Assembly: GCF_046119375.1 (NCBI RefSeq)
Contig: NW_027362762.1
Location: 681,070,001-681,134,000, forward strand
Source of the DNA: Phyllobates terribilis
Lineage: Eukaryota
Direction of reading: 5' to 3'
DNA: 64,000 nt
A model generated the notes under the pieces. That model had not been told where the DNA came from. It made no database searches and saw nothing but the letters and a program-made list of their open reading frames with translations. A program made the position numbers and the translations under genes. Numbering within the stretch: the stretch's first letter is position 1; every line of letters starts with the position of its first letter. Positions 10,801 through 21,166 of the stretch are shown piece after piece.

Positions 10801-13800
10801 AGTCAATAATGATGGGAAATGATTGTCACATAGAATGAAAGACACACGGCAGCTTGTTCTAGATGACATCTCCTTCTACTTACTGGAGAAGCAGTGGGTA
10901 TCCTCCTCGGATTCAAGTTGAGGAACATACAGAGGCTCCTGACTTAGAAGGGTCTCAAAGTCTAAGTCACTCATGTATGGATGAATCTTGATCTCAATTG
11001 CTCCTCCTGGAAAAGACAGACAAGAAAATAGTGATACAGACATTGCTAGAAAGATGTGAAGGACATATACTGAAAGTCAGAGCGTGAAGAAAAGGCTTGA
11101 TATTAGGTTAGGGTCTCATCAAAGAAAACGTACGCTTGTCACAGCTGATGGGCTATGATGAATTTTCCCATTTATGCACCTAAGTACCTTCATTTTTATA
11201 AGTATATTCCATATAGCATTGCTGCAGTTAAATTTCACATATTCTATGTTCACCTACGCACCTGTTCACACTAGCTTTATTCTGTTTGGAGGTGCTGGGC
11301 AGTTTTTTGTTTTGTGTTTTTTATATATACACTCATTATCATAATATAGTTATACATAACTTCACTGCTGCTCTGGCTAACTATAATCTATATAGTGTGT
11401 TGCTGTGTATATACTTTATCATATATTATAAGGTTATCCAAACCTCTGTGTAGGATTACACTATATCATTACATACAGCTTCACTAGAGTCCACACCATA
11501 TAATATATAGTATATACACATCTCCACGTTATAGGGTTATAAACATCTCTGGAGTGGAGTTGCTGTGTATAACTATATAGTGTGTAGATGTGTATATACT
11601 ATAGATCATATAATGTGGGCTACAGTGGAGGTATGTTTATCTATATACTACGGTGCCATGTATATACTATATACTGAGGAGTCCAGGGGAGCTGTGTATA
11701 ACCATATATATATAACTCTATACTGTATAGAGTAAACTCCATAGGAGCTGCTCCACTGGATTCCACACTGTATACTATATAGTATATATATATATAACAA
11801 AACACTATATACTAAACAGTTCTATATAGCTCCAGACCAGCATTGTACACCTATATATTTTGATGCTTTGTATATACTATGATCTATAGTATATGCACAG
11901 CACCATTATATATAGTTATACATATACTAATTACACATATAAATCTCTATGTGGAGCCTGAAAAAAAGCGCATGTAAAAAAAGCTGTTGCCTTTTAAGCG
12001 CAGAATCATTGCTTTTCTGTACTATAAAAAACACTAAAAACTCTGCTTCCCATCTGCACCAAATAAATAAAGGGGAGAAAGCATAAAAGAGGCAGCAAAA
12101 ATGCAATAATCAAAGAAAATTGTTGTTGCTTATTGTGGTGCAGATACCTGTAGAAAATGTGCTTAAAAAATGCTGCAGAAAAAATGAAGCATTGGGGAAA
12201 AAAATAAATGATGTCATTATTTTAGGCCATTTACTGATCACTTTAAAGTTCTGTTCAATGTATTACGCACGGATTGTTACAATTACAGAGTTACCAAATT
12301 TGTCTGTCATTTGATGATTTGTTTCCTTTTTTTAGATGAATTAAAAATGTTATTATTTTAACTGTTTTTCATTATTTTTTTAGTAACATTATGGGAAGAA
12401 AAAATGTTTGACTTTTATTTTACCTGTAGAATACCGGTAGATAGAAAGGCACTAGTATATAGAGATGTATCTCTATGTGCCATTACAAGATGAACATGAT
12501 AAATTTATCTGGTCAGAGAGATGTAATATTTCAATACTAATACTATTATATATATTACCTGTCCCAAGTCTATGTGCTGGATTTTTTCTCAGCAGGTCAG
12601 TGATGAAATCATGAGCATCGGGTGGAATAGAGTAAAAATGAAGTTTCCAGGTTATGTCCTCTGTTGAGTAAAAATCAAATATTACAAAATATAAAATGTC
12701 TCCATTTACATTAAAAAAAACGTTTAGCTTAACACAAGTATCCAAACCAATGAACTGATGCATCCAAATAACAATGAGATCACATAGCATTCAGATTATT
12801 TTACATACCCTTGAGGATCCTGTAGAAAGTCTCATATCTGGTGGGCCCTTCAAAAGGCAAACGTCCTACAAGAAATTGATATAGGATGACACCTATTGAC
12901 CACCAGTCAACAGGCCTTCCATAGCCGTCCCTTAAGATGACTTCTGGCGCAATGTAAGAAACGGTGCCAACAATCTAGAAACCAACACAAGAATAAGATG
13001 ATGATCAGTGAAAATAATTGTGATAAATAATATCAGTGAAAATGTTTTCTAGAAAATATCAGGATAGCAGAAATAGATGTGAACTGCAAAGAGCAAGTTC
13101 CTATATATAAAGCTGACCTCATCATCAAGGAACTCTCGTGTGATGTCTTCAATTGGAGCCTTGTAGATGTTCGATGTTGGTCTCATGAGGCCGACTTTTG
13201 AAAGCCCAAAATCGGTGACTTTAATATGACCAGATGATGTTATCAGGAGGCTGTGAAAGAAAAGATGGTGTCAGTCCCAAGTAATATCCCATAGATTATA
13301 ACAAAATATAACTTTCTTCCCCTTATTATACTACAAGGGTCACTTACTTTTCAGGCTTCAGGTCTCTGTGCACCACACCATAGCTGTGCAGGTATTCCAC
13401 AGCTAGAACCGTTTCTGCGATGTACATACGGGCCAAGGTGACAGGTAAAGGACCATTGGACTTTAGAAAACTGCCACAGTCTCCTCCTACAGGGGAAAGA
13501 TAATATGACAGGAGAGGGTTTGTTACAATGTAGATCACACAGGGTGATTGTGAATGACAACTACGCTGAGACATTGGAGCAAGGCGCCATACATAGAGAT
13601 ATAGTGTATAATGCAGAGTGTACACCGTATACTCAATGTGTGACCCCCAGGCTTCATTTACATGCCTCTTATTTATTTCCCAGTTATGCAGTGTATTATA
13701 ATAAAGTCAAATCCTCTTACAGGGATAAATGATTTTTCAGCATTTGGTAATAGGTAACTTCTAGTAAATGCAGTGAGGACATGTAACCGTCCATGCAGAC

Positions 13801-16800
13801 ACATTCAGATTATGTATAAGGTTCTAGGAGATAAGCAGACATGGGCTGGATAGAGATACAATGTATATGACCTACCTGCTACATAGTCCATGACCATACA
13901 CAGATGATGTTTAGTTGGAAAGGAGCAGAACATGGAGGCCACAAAGGGACAATCGGCGAATATTAGGATGTCCCTCTCTAGAAAGGCCAGTTCAAGTCTT
14001 TCTGGATTTCTCAGGTTCTGCTTGTCCAATTTCTTCATAGCCAATATCTGGTTGGTGTCCTTATGGCGAACTAAGTGGACGGCCCTGGAGAGGAGGAAAA
14101 TCCATGATTTATAAAGAATTCTTACTACCAATCTGTCCATGGATCTCATCATATTATCTTCAATTAATGATTAATGCTATGTCCATCACTAGAAATCCAT
14201 AAATGATCACCTATGTGAGGTCCTCATACATGTCACATCCTACCTGACCTTAATAGTGACAATTAGATGTGGCCAGTGATGTGGACTTATAATTTCTCTA
14301 TGATAACGCTGTATTGACAGGGCACAGAGAAGAGAGATCGTCATATGGAAAGCTGTAAAATATACATTATGCCAAAATTAAACTCACCCAAAGGATCCAC
14401 TGCTGATCAGTTTGATGGGATCATAGTCGCTCTTACACGGCTTTCTCACTGGGGATGACCCAATCAAGGCCTAAAAGGAATAAGAAATTACACTTAGACA
14501 TAGAAGATGCTGGAAAATAAAAGCTTCAGATGCAGGAACGATATTATGCTGATTACACTGCAGCCGATGTAGAGGACGTGATACAAGCCGGACCCTCCAC
14601 TGACACTATTATATTATAGGGGACATCCTCCATACACAGAAATCATTGTACTGCAGGGGATGGTAGGGGATATCATAGGAGGCAGGTATAAAACTGCCAT
14701 CATCACACACAATAGGTCTGATCTACATTAACAATAGGGATATCCCATTGTCATATTGGGCATAAGATGGGATGTAATTCATACCCCGTTATCTGATGAT
14801 ATACAGACGTCTCCCTCTGATACTTACACTGGTAGATTCGTGGATGATCTCTGGGGTCTCACACACTCCACCATCAGTATTTGCCGGCACAGTTATATCT
14901 AAAGAAATGAAGAGACGTCATGTATTAGACTATATCAGCACTTACTATATAACACATCACTATAAAGAAATGACAAACTGTCTATAATGGTATAATACTA
15001 GGTATATGGATATTCTGTACATATTGTTTATATCTATGGCAAATCTATAGATATATATTCTGTACATACTGTATATATCTATGGCACATCTATAGATAGA
15101 TATTCTGTACATACTGTATATATCTATGGCACATCTATAGATAGATATTCTGTACATACTGTATATATCTGTGACACATCTATAGATATATATTCTATAC
15201 ATACTGTATATATCTATGACACATCTATAGATAGATATTCTGTACATACTGTATATATCTATGGCACATCTATAGATATATATCCTGTACATACTGTATA
15301 TATCTATGACACATCTATAGATATATATTCTATACATACTGTATATATCTATGGCACATCTATAGATAGATATTCTGTACATACTGTATATATCTGTGAC
15401 ACATCTATAGATATATATTCTATACATACTGTATATATCTATGACACATCTATAGATAGATATTCTGTACATACTGTATATATCTATGGCACATCTATAG
15501 ATATATATTCTGTACATACTGTATATATCTATGACACATCTATAGATATATATTCTGTACATACTGTATATATCTATGGCACATCTATTGATAGATATTC
15601 TGTACTATAAATATGTTATTGTTCAGGATCTGATCAAATCCTCCACAATTATATGAATGGGACCCTATAAGCTTCTATATACATTTAGGAGCTGAGAAAA
15701 GCTCGGATGAGAGATTCAGAATTACATGAGCCCCCTGTAATATAGTCTATAGTGGGCTCAGGAGCCATCGCTGGTTTTCATACAGAGAATGTAGAGTAAA
15801 TCTCCATATTCTCTGGTGTCTTCTGTGATATTTAGATGAGTGTAAGAACATTGGATGATCGGCTTACCTTCAATCAGATCAATGTGTCGCCCACACTGAC
15901 TGGAATCAATATCAGGGAAGCTGAGGTCTTGCTCCTCTTCAGAGTCACTTTCTGAAGTTTCCTGATGGTCATAAAATATACAATTAATATAATATTTCAC
16001 AAATACTAAATTACCATATGCATAAGGCAGGAAGAACAGAACGTGGATTTACAAGATAATTTCACCGCTTAGTACAGACCGTCATCATAAATGATGGAGC
16101 CGCAGAGACATAAAATCTCCTGTGTCTGCCTGGTGGTGACAGGGAAGCCCCTAAAATCATAAATCTGACCATCTGCTATATGGGTGGTCATCTGGAGAAG
16201 ATCAGAAAAGAAGAAGATGATGGACACTTACCGAGCTTTCCAGTGAGTGGGCCGGATACTCAAGTATAAACAGGACATTTTGGGCCAGTTGGTTTAAAAA
16301 GGCCAATTCTCCACTTTGGGATTTTTCTTCAGCCTATAAAGATGAAGATAAAGAAGAAAGGAAAATCATGAGAAAAAGTGCACAATGGAGGAGGCCATTT
16401 TATGTCACCATGTTACTTCTGCTATCTGCAACTACAATTACTAAATATTGGGTATAGGTCATATATTATTACATATTGTATATCACACACATATTGTGTG
16501 TATATATATATTTATATATATAATTCTTTACATGTCAGGTTACCAGTTGTCCCCGTTTCTTCTTTTTTACTACCTGCCGATCTCCGGCATTTCCTCGTGC
16601 TGCTCCATACACCATACATATACATATGTGATGCCATCCTTGTTTGCCCACATTTGTGTGTGGTCATGAAGGGCACAGAAAATCAGTGTAGCAGAGCACT
16701 GCTAGATATAAAATCTGCAATAGGCATCCTTTATAGTGCGGAAATTAGAATAACGTCTACTAAAGTGTACAGCAGACTACATTGTGTATAAGGAGTGTGA

Positions 16801-19708
16801 CTGGCATAAATGATAGACATTACACATGTAAGACTCATAGGTTGTAAGCTTGTGAGCAGGGCCCCCGCGCCACTTGATATCTGAGTTATGTGTTACTCTG
16901 TAATGTCTTTATTGTCTGTACAAGCCCCCTCTAAAATGGAAAGTGCTGCGGAATATGTTGACGCTATAGAAATTAAAATTATTATTTTTATTATTAAGAC
17001 TCCAAGCACATAGCTGATTCCTCAATAAGTATATGTATGATCTTTATGAACTTTGCTACCAGACTGCCAAAGTAAACTATATTGGGACCTTGTTATGTCA
17101 ATGATGGGGACAGTATATAATGCCCTTTATTTTTTATTTGGTACACCCACCTAATATACTTCTACTACTTTGGAATAAATTATTACGCTCCTAGCACCCA
17201 GAACTACTACAACTATAGACCATCAATGTTATGCACATCACCCCCTCCACATCTTTACATCACCAGGGCAGTTTTAATATCAATATTTTTTCAATTTTTT
17301 ACCTATTTTCTGTTGTCCAAACCTAGACACGTCTCTTAGTCAGGTGCGTCTTATAGTCCGAAAAATACGGTATATAGTATAAAATATAGTATATTTTTTT
17401 GGATTATAAGACACACTTTTTTCACTCCAATGAAAATGGGGGTGCCTCTTATAATCCGAAAGTAGCTTATGGGGGGACGGCTGCGGTGGAGCATGGTCCT
17501 AGGAGGTAGGGTCGCTGCTGCAGGAAGCTGGTGGTGGTGGCAGGAGTGGAGCAATGCTGCGGGCCCCGAGCTGGGAGGAGGGGGTGTACAGCACTGCGAG
17601 GTTGTGGCTTTCACAAAATATTGGGAGTCCCTGCACTTCCCATCCTTTTCACTGTGGTGGACCTCGGGAAAATGACCACCGGAGGCGGCGCATGCACAGA
17701 TTGAGATCTCGTTTTTAGTACATTATATGGTAAAATCAATGGTGTTGGTCAAAAGCACAAGCCGTCCCTTAAAAAACAATCTTTTAGACGGCCATATTGA
17801 TAGAAAAATGAAAAAGTTATGTCTCTGGGAAGAAGGAGAGCAGAAAACGAAAGAGCAGAAATGGAAAATCGCAACATCGTACAGGAGTTAAATAGGCGTG
17901 AAGGAACTTGGTATGAGTAGTAGTATTAAACTGTGATGTCAGTGGTGTCATATTGAAATCTTAGTGATGGTGAGAAACGATATCAATGATGACATAATGG
18001 AACCCTGTGACATAATATTAAAGGCACCTATTAAACTCCTGTCATATTCTGATACCTAAAAACCTCTCTGATCTCAAACGGCCATGGCTTATCCTCCATG
18101 CCTGCATCTAGTACCGATACTCAGAATATGGTTTTGCCGGCTTAAAAGGAAGTGTCCTAGCTACCCTTAAGACTGCAAAACCATATTCTGAGTATCAGTC
18201 CTAGATGCAGGCATGGAAATAAAAGTCATGGCTGTTTGAGATCAGAGAGGTTTTTAGGTATCAGATTAGGACAGGTTTTATATCCCTGAAATCCAATATA
18301 AAGTATTAAAATCTGATTTTGGATGATAAATGTTCTTCACCTGTGTCCACATTTACTTTTTCTCGATATTGTGACTCCCGATGTTTTGTAGATAAGATTT
18401 CATTACCAGAAACACTTGAAGACAGTCCCACTGACACTGAAGTCACATCTCTCAAGACACCTCATAGCATCATTATTATTTCATATTTCAGTTTTCTTTA
18501 GAAGCTAAATTACTAACTTTATACATAACTTATCTATATTTGAAATACACGATAAAAATTGTATCATTACATAACTATAAAGAATCCATTATTCAGGTGC
18601 TATAATAAGTATCTTTTCAGCTCTGGTATTTGAAAGCACACAGGCCCATGCTGCCCCTCACCCACTTGCCAAGGTGAGGGGACTTATTACAAATATGATG
18701 TCTCCTCTGCTTACTTAGAATAATCATTTTCTCTGGGCTGCATTATAATAATATTGCCTCCTGTATTGCCTACTGATAATAATAACAGCAATGCCTTTTT
18801 ATAATAATAATAATGTCCCCTGTGCCCACTTGTAAAAAAAAGTGACGCCCTGGGCCTTCTTATAATATAATAATAATATTGCCCTCTGGAAATCCTTGTA
18901 GTGTTAATACTAGTTCCTCACTGGGCCTCCTAATATTACTAATAGGGCCCACTGGGCTCCCTTATAATAATAATAGCACCACCTTGGGTTTCCTGCTATA
19001 AAAATAGCACCCCCTGGGCCTCCTTATAAGGCCACAGCCACACTATCAGTATTTGGTCAGTATTCGGTCAGTATTTTTTCTCAGGAGTGGGAGCCAAAAT
19101 CAGGTGTAGGTGATAAATGCAGAATTGTTTCTATTATACCTTTTCTCTGATTGTTCCTCACCTGGATTTGGCTCCCACTCCTGAGAAAAAATACTGACTG
19201 AATACTGACCAAATACTGATAGTGGGGCCGTGGCCTAACAGTAATAATACTGCCTCCCTATATTGGTAATAGAAACCACTGGGTCTCCTTATTATAATAC
19301 TTCTGCCCCTTGGGCCTCTGTATTATAATATTAAGGCCCCCCTGGGCTTCCATTTAACAAAAATAGTGCCCCTTCAGCCTTCTTATAATAATAATTGCTC
19401 CCCTAAGCCTCTTCCTAATAACATTAGTGTCCTCCCGGGCATTTCTGTAATAATACTGGTATTGTTACTATTATCCATTATTTTTTTTCTAAACATTCTC
19501 TGCTGCTTACCTGATGTACTAATGTCCTGATGTTCTGTTGTAAATGTTCAAGATATGCTGAAGTTATTCGACCAAGGTGATATTTGGTCAGGCAATCTCT
19601 TATTAGCTCCATAACCAGCCGGTAAGTGAAGCTAAGGACGCCATCGGGTAGTGGTAGCACGATGTCAGGGGAATAGTTGGTAAGAATCTCCTGAAGTTGT
19701 GCCAACAC
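7668..19708 (-). CDS. MAST-family (microtubule-associated Ser/Thr kinase)-like AGC kinase, PDZ-less, 16 coding exons
   Basis: Hand-spliced GT-AG exons with consistent phases: 19708-19511, 16333-16232, 15961-15868, 14898-14828, 14470-14388, 14084-13876, 13486-13348, 13250-13118, 12974-12809, 12660-12559, 11006-10884, 10732-10623, 10538-10447, 10135-10047, 8113-8033, 7807-7668 (sum 1932 nt, open to TAG). Motifs: DUF1908 [58 protein letters not shown]. Start uncertain: in-frame ATG at 19738 or an upstream exon. Confidence 0.9.
8033..8113 (-). CDS. MAST-like exon (VQKKGESAL...ERRR)
   Basis: TTTCCAG acceptor, GTAAGT donor, phase 1-1. Confidence 0.7.
9115..9369 (-). mobile_element. Near full-length V-SINE with L2-like tail
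   Basis: tRNA head, V-domain and tail TGTAAAGCGCTGTGGAATTAATGGCGCTATATAAG on the minus strand. Confidence 0.8.
10047..10135 (-). CDS. MAST-like exon (MQKESSPSR...SALS)
   Basis: T-rich TGTAG acceptor, GTATGT donor, phase 2-1. Confidence 0.75.
10447..10538 (-). CDS. MAST-like exon (LCTTNTRV...KQSD)
   Basis: TTTAG acceptor, GTGAGT donor, phase 0-2. Confidence 0.75.
10623..10732 (-). CDS. MAST-like exon (TRSRRHKH...SLRHFK)
   Basis: Aligns to the MAST RSDRYHH...FSSCSPRFSK exon; GTAAGT donor. Confidence 0.85.
10884..11006 (-). CDS. MAST-like AGC C-terminal exon (GAIEIKIHP...[13 protein letters not shown])
   Basis: Matches MAST AYEVKQHPFF...PQLESEDDTSYFD. Confidence 0.9.
12559..12660 (-). CDS. 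MAST-like kinase exon (EDITW...[10 protein letters not shown])
   Basis: Kinase subdomain XI; canonical splice sites. Confidence 0.9.
12809..12974 (-). CDS. MAST-like kinase exon ([11 protein letters not shown]...DWWSIG)
   Basis: Subdomains VIII-X. Confidence 0.92.
13118..13250 (-). CDS. MAST-like kinase exon ([19 protein letters not shown]...EFLDDE)
   Basis: DFG and activation segment. Confidence 0.92.
13348..13486 (-). CDS. MAST-like kinase exon (GGDCGSFLK...HRDLKPE)
   Basis: Catalytic loop. Confidence 0.93.
13876..14084 (-). CDS. MAST-like kinase exon (AVHLVRHK...MVMDYVA)
   Basis: ATP-site lysine and alphaC glutamate. Confidence 0.93.
14388..14470 (-). CDS. MAST-like exon (ALIGSSP...[10 protein letters not shown])
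   Basis: Gly-rich loop; matches MAST DFETIKLISNGAYG. Confidence 0.9.
14828..14898 (-). CDS. MAST-like linker exon ([17 protein letters not shown]...)
   Basis: Phase 1-0, canonical splice sites. Confidence 0.8.
15005..15605. repeat. 45-bp intronic minisatellite, about 13 copies
   Basis: Unit ATCTATAGATATATATTCTGTACATACTGTATATATCTATGGCAC; 15-aa periodicity in the spurious ORF. Confidence 0.9.
15868..15961 (-). CDS. MAST-like acidic exon ([11 protein letters not shown]...IDLIE)
   Basis: CATCAG acceptor, GTAAGC donor, phase 0-1. Confidence 0.75.
16232..16333 (-). CDS. MAST-like DUF1908 exon ([16 protein letters not shown]...LESS)
   Basis: 34 codons, colinear with MAST AHERSESSEVAFV...PARLLECL. 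Confidence 0.88.
16840..16995 (+). mobile_element. L2-type LINE 3' end fragment
   Basis: TGTAAGCTT...GCAGGGC and terminal AAAGTGCTGCGGAATATGTTGACGCTATAGAAAT followed by an ATT-rich tail. Confidence 0.6.
17320..17720. mobile_element. Tc1/mariner (Tc2-like) non-autonomous element fragments
   Basis: TIR-like GCGTCTTATAGTCCGAAAAATACGG-TA at 17346-17373, then a degenerate opposite TIR and a GC-rich body. Confidence 0.55.
17725..17891 (-). mobile_element. piggyBac-like element 5' fragment
   Basis: Reverse complement resembles the start of the TTAA-flanked element at 51844. Confidence 0.5.
17930..18730. repeat. Copy 1 of a ~0.7-0.8 kb direct duplication (copy 2 at ~19850-20560)
   Basis: Colinear shared blocks such as GAAATCTTAGTGATGGTG and TATCTTTTCAGCTCTGGTATTTGAAAGCACACAGGCCCATGCTGCCCCTCACCCACTTGCCAAG. 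Confidence 0.85.
19030..19235. mobile_element. Palindromic MITE (Kolobok/T2-like, TTAA-like target)
   Basis: GGCCAC...GTGGCC ends, long internal inverted repeats, TAA flanks; a sister copy is split at 29449/63919. Confidence 0.65.
19511..19708 (-). CDS. MAST-like DUF1908 exon (VLAQLQEIL...RTLVHQ)
   Basis: Matches MAST ATAQMEE...LPLADGALSF...RDCL; GTAAGC donor. Confidence 0.88.
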
Positions 19709-19849
19709 CTGAAATTTGTCTGAAGAAATTCCAGACATTTCAATCAAATCCAAGCGCAGTCAGTATATAACTATCTCAATAGCCAATGTCTGACAACAAT
19801 GACACTAAGGCTGTAAACACTGGTCTAAGTAGTAGTGTGGAATTCTGAG

Positions 19850-20560
19850 GTCAGTGATGTCATAATGAAATCTTAGTGATGGTGCGTAATGATATCAATG
19901 ATGTCATAATGGAATCCTGTTACATTATATTAAAGGTACAGCTCCTCTTAAAAGGAAGTGTCCTAGCAACCGTTAAGATGGTAAAACCATATTCTGATTA
20001 TCGTTACTAGATGCAGGCATGGAGGAAAAAGCCTTGGCCATTTGAGATCAGAGAGGTTTTTAGGGTTGAGATTAGGACAGGTTTTTATATCCCTGAAATC
20101 CCATATAAAGTATTGTAATCTAATTTAGGATGACACATTTTCTTCACCTGTGTCCACAATTACTTTTTCTCGATATTGTGACTCCTGGTTTTGTAGATTA
20201 TTTGAAGACAGTCACACTGACATTGAAGTCACATCTCTCAAGACATCTTGTAACATCATTATTTTATATTTCAGTTTTCTTTAAAAGCTAAATTGCTAAT
20301 TTTATTAATAATTTATCTATATTCAAAATACACATAAAAATTGCATCATTACATTTCTTTAAGGAATCCATTATTCAGGTGCTATAATAAGTATCTTTTC
20401 AGCTCTGGTATTTGAAAGCACACAGGCCCATGCTGCCCCTCACCCACTTGCCAAGATGTAGGGCTCTATTACATATATGGCCCTGCCTGACATTGGAGAA
20501 AATCTAACTTTAGTACTAATAATAATGTCCCATCTGCTTACTTAGAATAATAATATCCTC
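19850..20560. repeat. Copy 2 of the direct duplication
   Basis: Colinear with 17930-18730 but lacks the left arm of the hairpin. Confidence 0.85.
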
Positions 20561-21126
20561 TGGGTCGCATTATAATAATATTGCCCCCTGTGCCTACTTA
20601 TAATTTTGTAGGAAAGTGGGGGGTGCGTCTTATAGTCTGAATACTAGCCATAGTATATACTATATAATGTGGATGGTGGCGGGTGTGTGTGTGTGGGGGG
20701 AGGGTTTGGGGAGTGGCAGTGGGGGATGAGTGGGGCACAGGAGGAAGCTGGCGCCTGCTGCAGCCTACCCTGTGCCTACTGCTAAAGAAAATTAATATTC
20801 ACTACTCCCCACGCCCATAGGCGTAGATATCAATGAATATTCATTTTCCTCAATAGCGCGCACACTATAGACGCACCGCGGCTCCTGCTGTGCTCGGCGG
20901 TCGGTGTGCCCACTATTAAAGCCCATGAATATTTACTGCAACTCACTCCCATAGGTTTTAGTGAACATTCATGGTCTTTAATAGTGGGCATTTTTGAAAA
21001 AACTATCGCACTTTCCTGATGTTGGTTCGTGCCCAGTTAAGGTACCAAGCCCATTATAAGTCTATAATAACCCGGCACTCAGACTTTAGTTACATTTTCT
21101 TGATTTTTAATGAAGTTTAATACAAT

Positions 21127-21166
21127 GTACAAACGTTTCGGTCACTCAGGACCTTCATCAGGGTCC
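21127..21166 (-). ncRNA. Minimal type I hammerhead ribozyme (3' pLTR copy, stem I mismatched)
   Basis: CTGATGA-A-GGTC-ctgagt-GACC-GAAACGTT on the minus strand; stem I GGACC/TGTAC has two mismatches. Confidence 0.65.

Noticed and set aside
6900-12250. Several MITE-like fragments (about 6920-7130, 8360-8610, 9630-9815, 11950-12200)
   Set aside because: They resemble common anuran MITEs but boundaries and TSDs could not be supported.
14960-15562. 200-aa ORF
   Set aside because: Translation of the 45-bp minisatellite, not a gene.
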